From IMG/VR virus record IMGVR_UViG_3300030330_005305, positions 1-30,849 of that record: a stretch of 30,849 nucleotides of DNA; one strand, written 5' to 3'. The notes under the pieces were generated by a model. It ran no database searches, was not told the DNA's origin, and saw only the letters and a list, made by a program, of their open reading frames with translations. The first letter of the stretch is position 1; the number at the start of each line of letters is the position of its first letter. This DNA is from a virus (taxonomy: Duplodnaviria > Caudoviricetes). Position numbers and translations under genes: made by a program. This document shows positions 7,643 to 16,359 of the stretch, piece by piece.

Positions 7643-9825
7643 TATCGTCCTCCAAACAGATCGGAACTTGATAGCCCGAAGCTACTGTTAAATCGTTCTT
7701 CTATACGCCTTACAAGCGCATCCACGGCGTTCTGTTCGACTACTGGACTATTGATAACAATGTTCAATCCGCCGCCCATGCTGCCCATTTGCCTGTCGAC
7801 TGATTGCGGCCGTTGTCCGCTTGCGGGCACAACAAATTCATTTTGATGCAACATAGCCAGACCGCTTCGAGAAGCCCCTGTAAAGCGCATTCCGCCGGCC
7901 GCATGAGGAACAAACGATCCGCCGCCTGCAAAGCTCTGAAGTGACTCTCTGAAAGCTGTAACGCCACCGAATTGCGTCTCAAAGAACTCTTTTATAGCGC
8001 TAGCAGAGTCCGCTGCTGCCTCTCTTCGCCCCTCCTTCGTGAACACGGAGCTTATAAATGATCGGAAAAGATCGAGCGCTGTTTTAAATCCATTGACCAG
8101 ATCAGCCAGCAAGAAGCCTACCTCATTGATGACAGCTATCACTAGCTCCGGAATAGATCGGATAAGCGCTACGGGAAGATCTATAGCTATCAGTCGTTGC
8201 AGATCAACAGTGAGAACCTTAAACAGCGACACGATAAAGTCAGGGAGGATCTGCACAAGAAGCTCAGGCAATAGGCTCATTCCTCTCTCTAGGTCGCTCA
8301 AGAAGTTAGTAAAAGCCTTATTCATGTTTCCGAGTACAACCCGCTCGGCCTGTTTTTCGTCTAGCGTTATGCCCTCTTGCGCCGCTTCGTCTATTGCGTC
8401 ACCGATGGCGGAGCCAAAGCTAGCAAGAGAAGACACGGCAGAGCCGCCCGCTGAGACAGCAGAGCCAGCACCAACACCGGCCATACTTAAAACGCCACCT
8501 AAGCCACTCACGAAAGAAGAGGGATCTGATAACAATTGTATAGACGAGCCGGCAATTTGAAGTATTTTTTCGACTTCTTCGACCTGTTGTTTCATCAGAT
8601 CGAGCCTGCCTCTCTCTTTGTTGTTGAGATCGTCTAGTTTTTTATTCTTTTGATCTAGAAGATTTAGCTCAACTTCCGCCAACAGTGCGAAATCTTCAGC
8701 CGTGACAGCCAATGATCGCGCTGTTGCTAATTGATTTTCGAATTCCTTCTCTATTCTTTCTTCGGCACTCAGCAGATCAAGCGCCGCCCTAGCTCCTATC
8801 TCAGCAAGTTTATTTCTGGCGCTCTGTTGTTCGGCTAGTTTTTTATTTACCGCCTCTAACGTCTCCGATCGTTTGCGCTCTCGCTCTTCTTGATCCTTTT
8901 GTTCTTCTGTTATATTTTGAATCTTTTGCAGAATCTGCTCATAACCATTGACCTGAAGATTAATACCCTCCTTTTTCTCCTTCAATTGCCCTATTTCAAA
9001 ATTATTTTGATCAATGATTGCCTCTAGCGCCTGTTTCTTTTTAGCTAGCGGCTTTCTTTCCTCTCGTTTACCTATTTTATCTAGCTCTTTATTTAGTAGA
9101 TCGATCTCTTTTTTTGTGTCAGTGCTCGACTTCTCCAATTGAGATATAATCAGATCGAGATTGTCTTTAACGGCCTGCGCCTCGGATTGTACTTTTTGAG
9201 AGATGCGAAGATCCTCGAAATCACTCTCTGATAATTTGCCTTCTAGTACAGCCAGCCGAGCTGTAGCTAGATTGATATTGGAAATGAATCCTTCAAATGC
9301 TTTTCCTCGCTGATTCAAAATCTTATCTTGATTTTCTAGGGCGGCAGTTACTTGTTTCGTAGCTTGTGCTAGGATCTTAGCCTGATCCGCTGCCCTTTTT
9401 TGCTCTTTCTGAAATACAAAATAAGCAGCCGTCGCCGCCGTTGTAACAAGACCAGCAACAACGAACGCAGGATTAACAAACAAAGTCATGACCCGCCCAA
9501 GACCTTCAGCAACACTAGCTCCGTCAGAGAGTGTCATAAACATATTACCAAGAGCCGGATTTATAAGCCCGATCCCTTGAGCGAGATCAGCAAAAGCGCC
9601 GTCAAGATCTCGTCCCGCTCTTCGCATTTGTCGAAATCTTTTTTCTGTTGTAGCCGCCTGTCTCTCTGTTCTTTTTAATCCTGCGTTCAGTGCTGTTGTT
9701 GATTGTGCTGTTCTATCGAACTGTGTAGCCGTTTGTTTTGCCTCCATAGAGGTGTCTCTCAGGCCCTTCTCTGCTTTTCCGGTGTCGACGTTCAGGATAT
9801 ATTGTACAATTGTTTCATTTGGCAT
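7642..9825 (-). CDS. Tail tape measure protein (start revised to MPNETIVQ, 727 aa)
   Basis: Long helical/coiled-coil protein with hydrophobic segments; C-terminal AGG...GLAMLHQNEFVVPA motif typical of TMPs; follows the chaperone pair. Confidence 0.88.
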   Translation of the reverse strand: MPNETIVQYILNVDTGKAEKGLRDTSMEAKQTATQFDRTAQSTTALNAGLKRTERQAATTEKRFRQMRRAGRDLDGAFADLAQGIGLINPALGNMFMTLSDGASVAEGLGRVMTLFVNPAFVVAGLVTTAATAAYFVFQKEQKRAADQAKILAQATKQVTAALENQDKILNQRGKAFEGFISNINLATARLAVLEGKLSESDFEDLRISQKVQSEAQAVKDNLDLIISQLEKSSTDTKKEIDLLNKELDKIGKREERKPLAKKKQALEAIIDQNNFEIGQLKEKKEGINLQVNGYEQILQKIQNITEEQKDQEERERKRSETLEAVNKKLAEQQSARNKLAEIGARAALDLLSAEERIEKEFENQLATARSLAVTAEDFALLAEVELNLLDQKNKKLDDLNNKERGRLDLMKQQVEEVEKILQIAGSSIQLLSDPSSFVSGLGGVLSMAGVGAGSAVSAGGSAVSSLASFGSAIGDAIDEAAQEGITLDEKQAERVVLGNMNKAFTNFLSDLERGMSLLPELLVQILPDFIVSLFKVLTVDLQRLIAIDLPVALIRSIPELVIAVINEVGFLLADLVNGFKTALDLFRSFISSVFTKEGRREAAADSASAIKEFFETQFGGVTAFRESLQSFAGGGSFVPHAAGGMRFTGASRSGLAMLHQNEFVVPASGQRPQSVDRQMGSMGGGLNIVINSPVVEQNAVDALVRRIEERFNSSFGLSSSDLFGGR

Positions 9826-9906
9826 AGCTTCGCCCTCAATCACTAGCATAGCACGATCGATCTATCTATTCTATATCAAATTTTTCCTCTCGATTACATC
9901 GGCGAC

Positions 9907-10131
9907 CTATCCGATTATATCGATAAAATCCATCAATGATATATTTGCCGTTAATCCTGAGTTCTTCTTTTGGCTCTTGAGTACTCGATTTAAGCGTGTT
10001 GATCGTGCTTTTACGCATCGAACACAGATCATTAAATCAGGCCAGTCTAACTTCGCTATCTCGCTCGGGATCGTGCCATATGTACGCGCTATTATATCAA
10101 TTAGATGTACATAGTCCTCATCCTGCGCGAA
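9907..10131 (-). CDS. Tail assembly chaperone extension (gpT-like), reached by +1 frameshift; not in ORF track
   Basis: Open frame FAQDEDYVHLIDIIARTYGTIPSEIAKLDWPDLMICVRC...DIIG* with no start codon at its 5' end; the IA..YG..PSEI..L pattern is typical of gpT-like proteins. Confidence 0.75.
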   Translation of the reverse strand, partial: FAQDEDYVHLIDIIARTYGTIPSEIAKLDWPDLMICVRCVKARSTRLNRVLKSQKKNSGLTANISLMDFIDIIG

Positions 10132-10636
10132 ATATACTTAGTCTTTCGACAGCCTCCCTATGAGAGTGCATTGCTTTATTTAATATCTCCGTTCGATCGC
10201 TCGCTGAGAGCATGCCCACCCAGAGAAGATTGCGTTCTGCTGACTGCTGCTCTTGCGACAGAACGATCTTGAGATCTTCCCAGGTAGCACCATTATCCAT
10301 TGATGCGCTCTTGATGACCTGACAGATAATCTTGTTCTGTTGCTCGCTGATCGCTCTAAGTTGCTCAGGTTTTAGCTTCTTCAAGAAAGAATAAGCCCGA
10401 TCGATCGCTTCCTCTGATACGTCATCTTGCATAAGCTCAGAAGAAAGATTTCGCAAATCACCCAGTCCCTTTCCCTCGGACGGGGCGATCTGCGAAATCA
10501 GGAGTGTACTGTTTAGCGAGGCGGCTTCTGATTCAGATGGCGATAAGACACGGCCCCTAATAATTATTTTTCCCTCGAATATAGGCACAGAAAATAGAGA
10601 AGATGATTCCACTTCTCGCAGGAATTCTTTTAGCAT
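10118..10636 (-). CDS. Tail assembly chaperone (gpG-like; start revised to MLKEFLRE, 172 aa)
   Basis: GGAG RBS; lies between tail tube and TMP; ends ATA TTT CGC GCA GGA TGA. Confidence 0.75.
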   Translation of the reverse strand: MLKEFLREVESSSLFSVPIFEGKIIIRGRVLSPSESEAASLNSTLLISQIAPSEGKGLGDLRNLSSELMQDDVSEEAIDRAYSFLKKLKPEQLRAISEQQNKIICQVIKSASMDNGATWEDLKIVLSQEQQSAERNLLWVGMLSASDRTEILNKAMHSHREAVERLSIFRAG

Positions 10637-10659
10637 TTGCACTCCGCTGTATTTATTTA

Positions 10660-10688
10660 ATTCTATCAATGATAATTAAATCGTGCAA
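10660..10688 (-). promoter_or_regulatory. Sigma70-like promoter TTGCAC-N17-TAGAAT for the chaperone-TMP block
   Basis: Hexamers with 17-bp spacing, about 25 bp upstream of the chaperone start. Confidence 0.55.
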
Positions 10689-10766
10689 ATTTGTTTTTTA
10701 TGTACTCGATATAATGGGGATTATAGAAGTATTTTAAAAAATATCTATTTATTTTTACTGTATCTA

Positions 10767-10796
10767 TTGACTTATGCGCATTATATACAGTATAGT
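10767..10796 (+). promoter_or_regulatory. Sigma70-like promoter TTGACT-N18-TATAGT with TATGCGCATTATATA in the spacer
   Basis: Closely similar to the promoter at 28368-28396. Confidence 0.7.
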
Positions 10797-10826
10797 GTAT
10801 ATAGTTAACAACAAAGGAGTAAAAAC

Positions 10827-11042
10827 ATGAAAATCATCGAAATCAATATTGGAGACATTCTCTTAAATAAATGTAACGTAGGAAACGAGGTTCTTGTTGT
10901 AACAGGAAAATCGCTTGACGTTACAAGATACGGCGATGTCTACATCACAACGGAGGTTATCAAGTCTCCCATTTATGGAAAAGGCAAAGAGAAGATTTTT
11001 ACAAGCCTCAGCCTTCTTCGCGGGGTAGAAAAGATCGCATAA
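10827..11042 (+). CDS. Small hypothetical protein (stand-alone moron-like cassette, antisense within the tail operon)
   Basis: Has its own promoter, an AACAACAAAGGAG leader and a terminator. Confidence 0.8.
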   Translation: MKIIEINIGDILLNKCNVGNEVLVVTGKSLDVTRYGDVYITTEVIKSPIYGKGKEKIFTSLSLLRGVEKIA

Positions 11043-11061
11043 TAACAAAACAATTAACAAC

Positions 11062-11086
11062 AAAAGCCCTCTTTCGAGGGCTTTTT
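11062..11086. terminator. Bidirectional intrinsic terminator
   Basis: AAAAGCCCTC-TTTC-GAGGGCTTTTT between convergent genes. Confidence 0.85.
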
Positions 11087-11243
11087 ACTTTATAACTGTT
11101 ACGTGATCAGGACGACAAACAAGAACTTTTCCGGCGAATTTAAAACACCAGAAGCCCCTGTCTGTGCATAAGTAATCAGCATAGAAAGGCTCGGGCTCAT
11201 CCGTCCACTGGATCAGATATGTTTTGCCGACAATTAGATTCAT
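11085..11243 (-). CDS. Small hypothetical protein (52 aa, MNLIVGKTYLIQW...; not in ORF track)
   Basis: ATGA overlap with the tail tube stop; fills the gap up to the terminator exactly. Confidence 0.6.
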   Translation of the reverse strand: MNLIVGKTYLIQWTDEPEPFYADYLCTDRGFWCFKFAGKVLVCRPDHVTVIK

Positions 11244-12232
11244 GGACCAACAGTCGCAGAGCTATTTGCATTGATTACAACGATATTAAATCCGTCATCA
11301 GAAGAAGAGGCAAGGCCGCGAATTGTAAAGGTACGCTCAACACGTCCGAAAGATGTTACTGAGTCGCTATAATCTTCGATTACAGCATTATCGAGCTTAA
11401 ATGTTATCTTATGCGCGGAGGTTGCTGTCGATGTGAACACAATTGTTACATCGCCACTATTGCCGGCTAATTGATCGTTATATACATCATTATCATCAAC
11501 GTCAGCGGTGACGCTCATAGTAATCTCTCGAACATCTGATATAACGGGCTTCCCTGTCAACTTGCTACCGAGAATGTTTTTCCGCTCTAGCTTGTTGTCT
11601 AGTGTCATTTCGAATGATCGAATCTCTAGAGTGCTCGGTGTTAATGTTCCTGACATTGTAAGATTTCCAGCCTCAAAATGCAATACACTATCACCGGCGG
11701 GAAATGTTCCCGTGCTTGGCGACATTGCGCCCCTTGCGCTTGAATCTTTAGCTATAAGATCAAAAGAAGCTGTCATCTCCTCGCCAGCCGCGCAAGAAAT
11801 AGACATAGATGAAACCATTGCGCCGGTGAATTGCTCCATTGAATTAGTAAGATTAGATCCGCGCTGAAACTGAATTGTAAGAGCAGGCAGAGCGAAAGCG
11901 GGGCTATATGTATGTGTGTACGTCGGGCCCGATCCCGTTGTCGCTAGAGTGCCGAGCGCAGCATAAAAGAACATGCCTGATCCGTTGTATTGTATAGGTA
12001 TATCAACATTTCCGCCGGATGTTCTGAACGCGTCGAATGTACTAGCTAGCATTCCCGTCGCTGGGACAGATAGATTTGTCTTTCTTGGTCGCTCTTGTAG
12101 TGTTTGAAGCGTGGAACTATTCAGGCGGATATCAACCTGCTCTGAGCTTGTAGTATTGGCTGTTCCGTACGGCTGAGATGCGTCTTCTGGTGCGCATCTC
12201 AAAAATGCATTAAATCCAAATAATGTAGGCAT
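11240..12232 (-). CDS. Major tail tube protein
   Basis: 330 aa, S/T/G-rich; FTG.MV.SMSI...AGE and RSFEMTLDNKLE patterns of siphophage tube proteins; synteny. Confidence 0.8.
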   Translation of the reverse strand: MPTLFGFNAFLRCAPEDASQPYGTANTTSSEQVDIRLNSSTLQTLQERPRKTNLSVPATGMLASTFDAFRTSGGNVDIPIQYNGSGMFFYAALGTLATTGSGPTYTHTYSPAFALPALTIQFQRGSNLTNSMEQFTGAMVSSMSISCAAGEEMTASFDLIAKDSSARGAMSPSTGTFPAGDSVLHFEAGNLTMSGTLTPSTLEIRSFEMTLDNKLERKNILGSKLTGKPVISDVREITMSVTADVDDNDVYNDQLAGNSGDVTIVFTSTATSAHKITFKLDNAVIEDYSDSVTSFGRVERTFTIRGLASSSDDGFNIVVINANSSATVGP

Positions 12233-12242
12233 GTTCTATCTC

Positions 12243-13007
12243 CTATGATGGCAGTAGATTCTTTACTCGCAATATAGCACGAGATTCAATTGTTTGTTTT
12301 TCTGTTGTAACGAATTTTACAGCGACGGCATAGTCAGAGCCATTATCGCCCGCCCTATATCGTGCCCTAATAAAGTTGTTTCCAAGGCGTGTCTCGTCCG
12401 TATCGTATCGCGCTGAGGCATCAGATCCGGAGCTATCATAGCTGAAGATCTCAACATAATCGATCGCCTCCAGAAAATCCCTATTGTTGTAATTCTCTAG
12501 CCGTCGCCCTAGTAGTCCAGAAGTCATAAAGAATACATCGATCTCGTCCGTCTGCGCCTTGCTAAAGGAGGCAATAGGAGAGTCTGTTGCGCTTTGTCCA
12601 CCGCGAGAGGGTACTACACGAGAATAAGGCGCTTCTAGCGTTATATAGCCCGTTTTTGGGGCGGTAATCGTTACCGACGAAGAATGATCTGTCGTTTCAT
12701 CAGGATAGGCGTAATACACCCAAAGCGCATTCATTGAATTGTCATGATTGCAAGCGTATCCGTCAACCTGAAGAATTAGTGTTCTTGTCGCGAATACAGC
12801 GCCGGCCTTGCGTGCAAAAGTCAATAAATTGCCGCTCGGATCCGTCACAACAACATCATTGAAGTCGGATCTTATCTCGCTCCAGAAAGAATCCCAGTCT
12901 TTGGGGATTTGAAACTCGATATCGATCGTTGCTGAAGATCCAGATCCTCCGAAAACATCGACTCCAACCATCTGTCGTCGTCTATATCCTTTGTTGTACC
13001 AACTCAT
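12243..13007 (-). CDS. Virion protein with DUF2341-like N-terminal domain
   Basis: MSWYN..Y.RR...FWSEIRSDFND.VVTD..G..L...LWVYY pattern, recalled as DUF2341-like; lies in the neck/tail operon. Confidence 0.5.
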   Translation of the reverse strand: MSWYNKGYRRRQMVGVDVFGGSGSSATIDIEFQIPKDWDSFWSEIRSDFNDVVVTDPSGNLLTFARKAGAVFATRTLILQVDGYACNHDNSMNALWVYYAYPDETTDHSSSVTITAPKTGYITLEAPYSRVVPSRGGQSATDSPIASFSKAQTDEIDVFFMTSGLLGRRLENYNNRDFLEAIDYVEIFSYDSSGSDASARYDTDETRLGNNFIRARYRAGDNGSDYAVAVKFVTTEKQTIESRAILRVKNLLPS

Positions 13008-13008
13008 C

Positions 13009-13464
13009 TTATATCCCTGTCTTGCTCTGGAATGGCGTAGTTACTTCAATATAGCCTATTCCGGTGCCATCTAGTCCGAATTTATCACCATCGAGGGCCG
13101 TAAATTGGCAAAGAACATCGTCAATAACGCCGCCTCCGAGTCCCAAAAATCGATCTGCTGTGATGTTCTCAATTACATCAGAGCATAGATTAATAGCTGC
13201 TCTCATGCGCTCTGCGAGATCCGAACCACTAACAAAGAGATAGATTTCGAAGCGAGGTGTCATCGTGTATCGTCCTAGTGTCGGCCCGTGCTCAGTGGTA
13301 AAGTCCAAGAAAAACACACAACCAAACGGCACAAAAGGAGGCTCAGAAACAGATCCGATAATGACTCTGTCGGTCATGTTTAAGGCGCTTGATTTAGAAG
13401 TAAAGTTTCCACCGACTTTACTTTTGAGCGCATTTAAAATTAAATATACTCTAGAATCAGCCAT
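13009..13464 (-). CDS. Tail terminator/completion protein (putative)
   Basis: Size and position directly after the gp10-like gene. Confidence 0.6.
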   Translation of the reverse strand: MADSRVYLILNALKSKVGGNFTSKSSALNMTDRVIIGSVSEPPFVPFGCVFFLDFTTEHGPTLGRYTMTPRFEIYLFVSGSDLAERMRAAINLCSDVIENITADRFLGLGGGVIDDVLCQFTALDGDKFGLDGTGIGYIEVTTPFQSKTGI

Positions 13465-13864
13465 CTCGTTTTCCTAATAGCGCTGCGGATACAGCCTTTC
13501 TTATCGCCGGAAGAAGCTCTTCTTGCTCTGCATCAACAGAGCGCTTCAAGAATAAACGAGGAGTTATTTTGTTGCGCGTCTTCGTTCCAAACTCGATATA
13601 TTCAGCATAATTAACATTAGCCCCTCTGAACTGTCCGCCGGCCTGTAAAAATGCAGTTGGCCGTCCTTTGTAGTAGCCAAAATTACCCGCGATAGATTGC
13701 CGTAATCGCCCCGTTTGATTGTTAAAACGAGAGAAGGCTTTTTGCTTTGATCGTCCTTCCATACGAAGCGCGGAGATCTTCAATTGCTTCTCGATGCGCT
13801 CAAGTAATTTACTTCTTGACTTTTTGAGATTGTCTTGGAACTCTAGCAGGGTGATCTGTCTCAT
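13457..13864 (-). CDS. HK97 gp10-like neck/tail completion protein
   Basis: TGRLRQSI...YAEYIEFGT...PRLFL motifs. Confidence 0.85.
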   Translation of the reverse strand: MRQITLLEFQDNLKKSRSKLLERIEKQLKISALRMEGRSKQKAFSRFNNQTGRLRQSIAGNFGYYKGRPTAFLQAGGQFRGANVNYAEYIEFGTKTRNKITPRLFLKRSVDAEQEELLPAIRKAVSAALLGKRDG

Positions 13865-13871
13865 AGATCAC

Positions 13872-14483
13872 CTATAAGACCATGCTAGTAGATCGCAGCG
13901 GATAAAGGATCTCTTTCACTTCTTTGGGCATGGTTTTTAGTGAGAATTTAGTACTCGCGCCGCGCTGATCTATTGATTCTTTTCCTTGCGAAGTCTTTTG
14001 TCTGTGTAGTTGACTTGTAAAGACACAAATAGCATGCTCAAGATCCAAAGGAGGATTATCTCCGTAGCCCGCTGTACAAACAACCTTGTTTCCTCGAAAG
14101 GCTGTCACAAATCCTTCTGTGGATACATCCGTTTTCAGGATCAGTCTAGAATTGATCGTGTCTAGATCATACTCACTCGAAGCTATTTCGGTTGATGATC
14201 CGTATTTCCGATCTGCATCAGAATGAATCGAGGTGATCGCTGAGACTGGGCGGATCGGCAATTGCAAAACAACCTCATTATCATACATGGGGCCGTCAAT
14301 ATACAGTGTATATGTTTGCGATGTTAAAACGGTGGTCGATGCACCGTCATAAAGCGGGAAGCCGAGAAAACGGGCGATCTCGGCTTCTACTCTATCTAAG
14401 AGGGCGCCGAGTTCGGTATCTGCGGCCGTTCCTGAAATTTCAGGAAGATATTGCTTCAGTGTAGCTACAGATACCAAACTCAT
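13872..14483 (-). CDS. Head-tail connector (HK97 gp6/SPP1 gp15-like)
   Basis: LVSVATLKQYL...LPIRPVSAITSI...TAGY...P.DL..AI...MP.EV.EIL.P.R pattern. Confidence 0.8.
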   Translation of the reverse strand: MSLVSVATLKQYLPEISGTAADTELGALLDRVEAEIARFLGFPLYDGASTTVLTSQTYTLYIDGPMYDNEVVLQLPIRPVSAITSIHSDADRKYGSSTEIASSEYDLDTINSRLILKTDVSTEGFVTAFRGNKVVCTAGYGDNPPLDLEHAICVFTSQLHRQKTSQGKESIDQRGASTKFSLKTMPKEVKEILYPLRSTSMVL

Positions 14484-14495
14484 AACGATCCATTT

Positions 14496-14876
14496 TTAGA
14501 CTTTTCTAGCTGGCTCAAAAGACAAGATCAACATGCTATCAACGTCTCGACCTGTGCTTCCTGCTGCTGTTTTCGATATCTTGATCGATGTTCCAGCTTC
14601 ATAAACATCAAGGCCCGACTTTTGATCAGCAAGAGAAGCCGAAACACCATCAACAAGAGCACCCTCTTGTCCGGTCTGGCTACTCCATTTAAATGCGGCC
14701 GTTGATCCGTTGTTCCCGAAAACACTAAGAACAGCATAGTCCGATCCGTTAGATGTTACGCCGCCATTATCAACAACTTTAACGCCTGTTAGCTTGTATC
14801 TCTCGTCAAAAGCAAGATACTTGATCTTTCCGTTTGTTCCGGTGGCTTCAATATGTACTGCTACTTGGAATTTCAT
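14496..14876 (-). CDS. Putative head decoration/minor capsid protein
   Basis: AGGAG RBS; directly after the major capsid gene; beta-rich. Confidence 0.5.
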   Translation of the reverse strand: MKFQVAVHIEATGTNGKIKYLAFDERYKLTGVKVVDNGGVTSNGSDYAVLSVFGNNGSTAAFKWSSQTGQEGALVDGVSASLADQKSGLDVYEAGTSIKISKTAAGSTGRDVDSMLILSFEPARKV

Positions 14877-14889
14877 TTTAAATCTCCTA

Positions 14890-16350
14890 TTATACTGTTA
14901 CGTCTATTCCGTAAGCTACATTTTTGGTAGCATCAGGATCGAGTGTGTTAAATGTTAATCGCTCGGTACAAACGAGATTGATGGCTCCGGCAGTGATATC
15001 CTTGTCTTGTTCCACGCTGATTCCACGTCGAGCAAATATATTGTAACTATCACGAGCAACGATCAACATTCCGCTCTTTGTTTTAGTTACATTGTCGAAC
15101 TTTCCATCAGCGGCAAGATCAGCGCCCATAAATCTAGACATGACAATCGGCAATCCAAACACAGAAGCTATTTGCCCTGAGAGAATAGTTGCAGAAGGGC
15201 CGAACGCATCGACGGTTAAAACCTCTGTCAGAGATAGCAATTGAGCTACAACAACCTCAGGCGATGTAATCAGAACACGCTCAGAAGAATTAAGCTCTCC
15301 TAATTCAGCCATTAGAGTCAATAATTCCGCTGTGCTGAGAGTCCCGATAGCGGTCGGAGTGGTTCTGTCGAATGCTTGTTTTCTTAGTCCGTTCCACGCT
15401 CGACGATGATCTGCACTTCCACCAAGCCCACTGGCGCCCCATCGAGATCTTATATTCCAATTGGCTATATCATCTTGGTGAGTGGCAGAGGCATCACCAT
15501 TAATCAAGGCATCCTCAACAGCAGAAGCAAGATCACTAACGATCTGACGTTGCAATGTAGGGATCAAGGCGATCGCGCTATCTTCGGCAAGTGCATCGTC
15601 AATAACAAATCGACAAGCTAGGCCGCTCGTAGAGATTGATTTCTGAGAGGTTGCGGCAGAGCTAGCGGTGTAGTTGGCTGGATTGTCACTGGTGACCATT
15701 CCTTTTATATAAGGCCGGCCGCCTCGGTCTAATCGAGGAACCAATAGAGTAGGTCTGTCCATTTGGATCTCTGAGAAAAGAGAACGAACAACGCGAGGAG
15801 TCTTATACTCTTCGTAGAGTTCCGCACGGAATTGATCTGGAACCCAATCTCCGCCGCTTCCAGCAGAGTCGAACATAGCTTTCTCTACGCCAGCTTTGAT
15901 GTTTCGAGGAGCGCTGTTGAGGTGCTTTTGCAATCGAGCGTCGAGCTTAGGAGTAAACGCTTGACGCATAATCATACGGGCCATATTTCTCTGTGTGTTG
16001 ATGTGCATCAGTTCGCTATGCCACTCAGAGCATGGCTTCTCAGCATCGAGAATACCTTTGTTTTCAATCGGCTGTCGTCCGTTCGGTGTGTCGACGTATC
16101 CTTGTTCTTTAGTCCAGCGGATAGTGCCGTCTTTACGGATAAATTCTTTCAATCCATTGTCATCGTTACCAACTTCAGGAGCAGCGCGATAAACACTCTC
16201 TTCCATAAGTCTTTGTGCATGTTTCAGGTCTTCGACCTGCTTCTCAAATTGAGACAGTCGATCACTGCTGGTTTTTTGGTGAGTAACGATATCAGCGAGA
16301 ATGCCTTTAGCTTCTTCGACCATCTCGCGATCTCTTTTTTCAGTCGTCAT
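14890..16350 (-). CDS. Major capsid protein (HK97 fold, N-terminal delta-like coiled coil)
   Basis: GG.WVP..F..EL, ED.ALINGD and G.I..VFGLPIV.S motifs; AAGGAG RBS. Confidence 0.92.
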   Translation of the reverse strand: MTTEKRDREMVEEAKGILADIVTHQKTSSDRLSQFEKQVEDLKHAQRLMEESVYRAAPEVGNDDNGLKEFIRKDGTIRWTKEQGYVDTPNGRQPIENKGILDAEKPCSEWHSELMHINTQRNMARMIMRQAFTPKLDARLQKHLNSAPRNIKAGVEKAMFDSAGSGGDWVPDQFRAELYEEYKTPRVVRSLFSEIQMDRPTLLVPRLDRGGRPYIKGMVTSDNPANYTASSAATSQKSISTSGLACRFVIDDALAEDSAIALIPTLQRQIVSDLASAVEDALINGDASATHQDDIANWNIRSRWGASGLGGSADHRRAWNGLRKQAFDRTTPTAIGTLSTAELLTLMAELGELNSSERVLITSPEVVVAQLLSLTEVLTVDAFGPSATILSGQIASVFGLPIVMSRFMGADLAADGKFDNVTKTKSGMLIVARDSYNIFARRGISVEQDKDITAGAINLVCTERLTFNTLDPDATKNVAYGIDVTV

Positions 16351-16359
16351 GGTAGCTCC

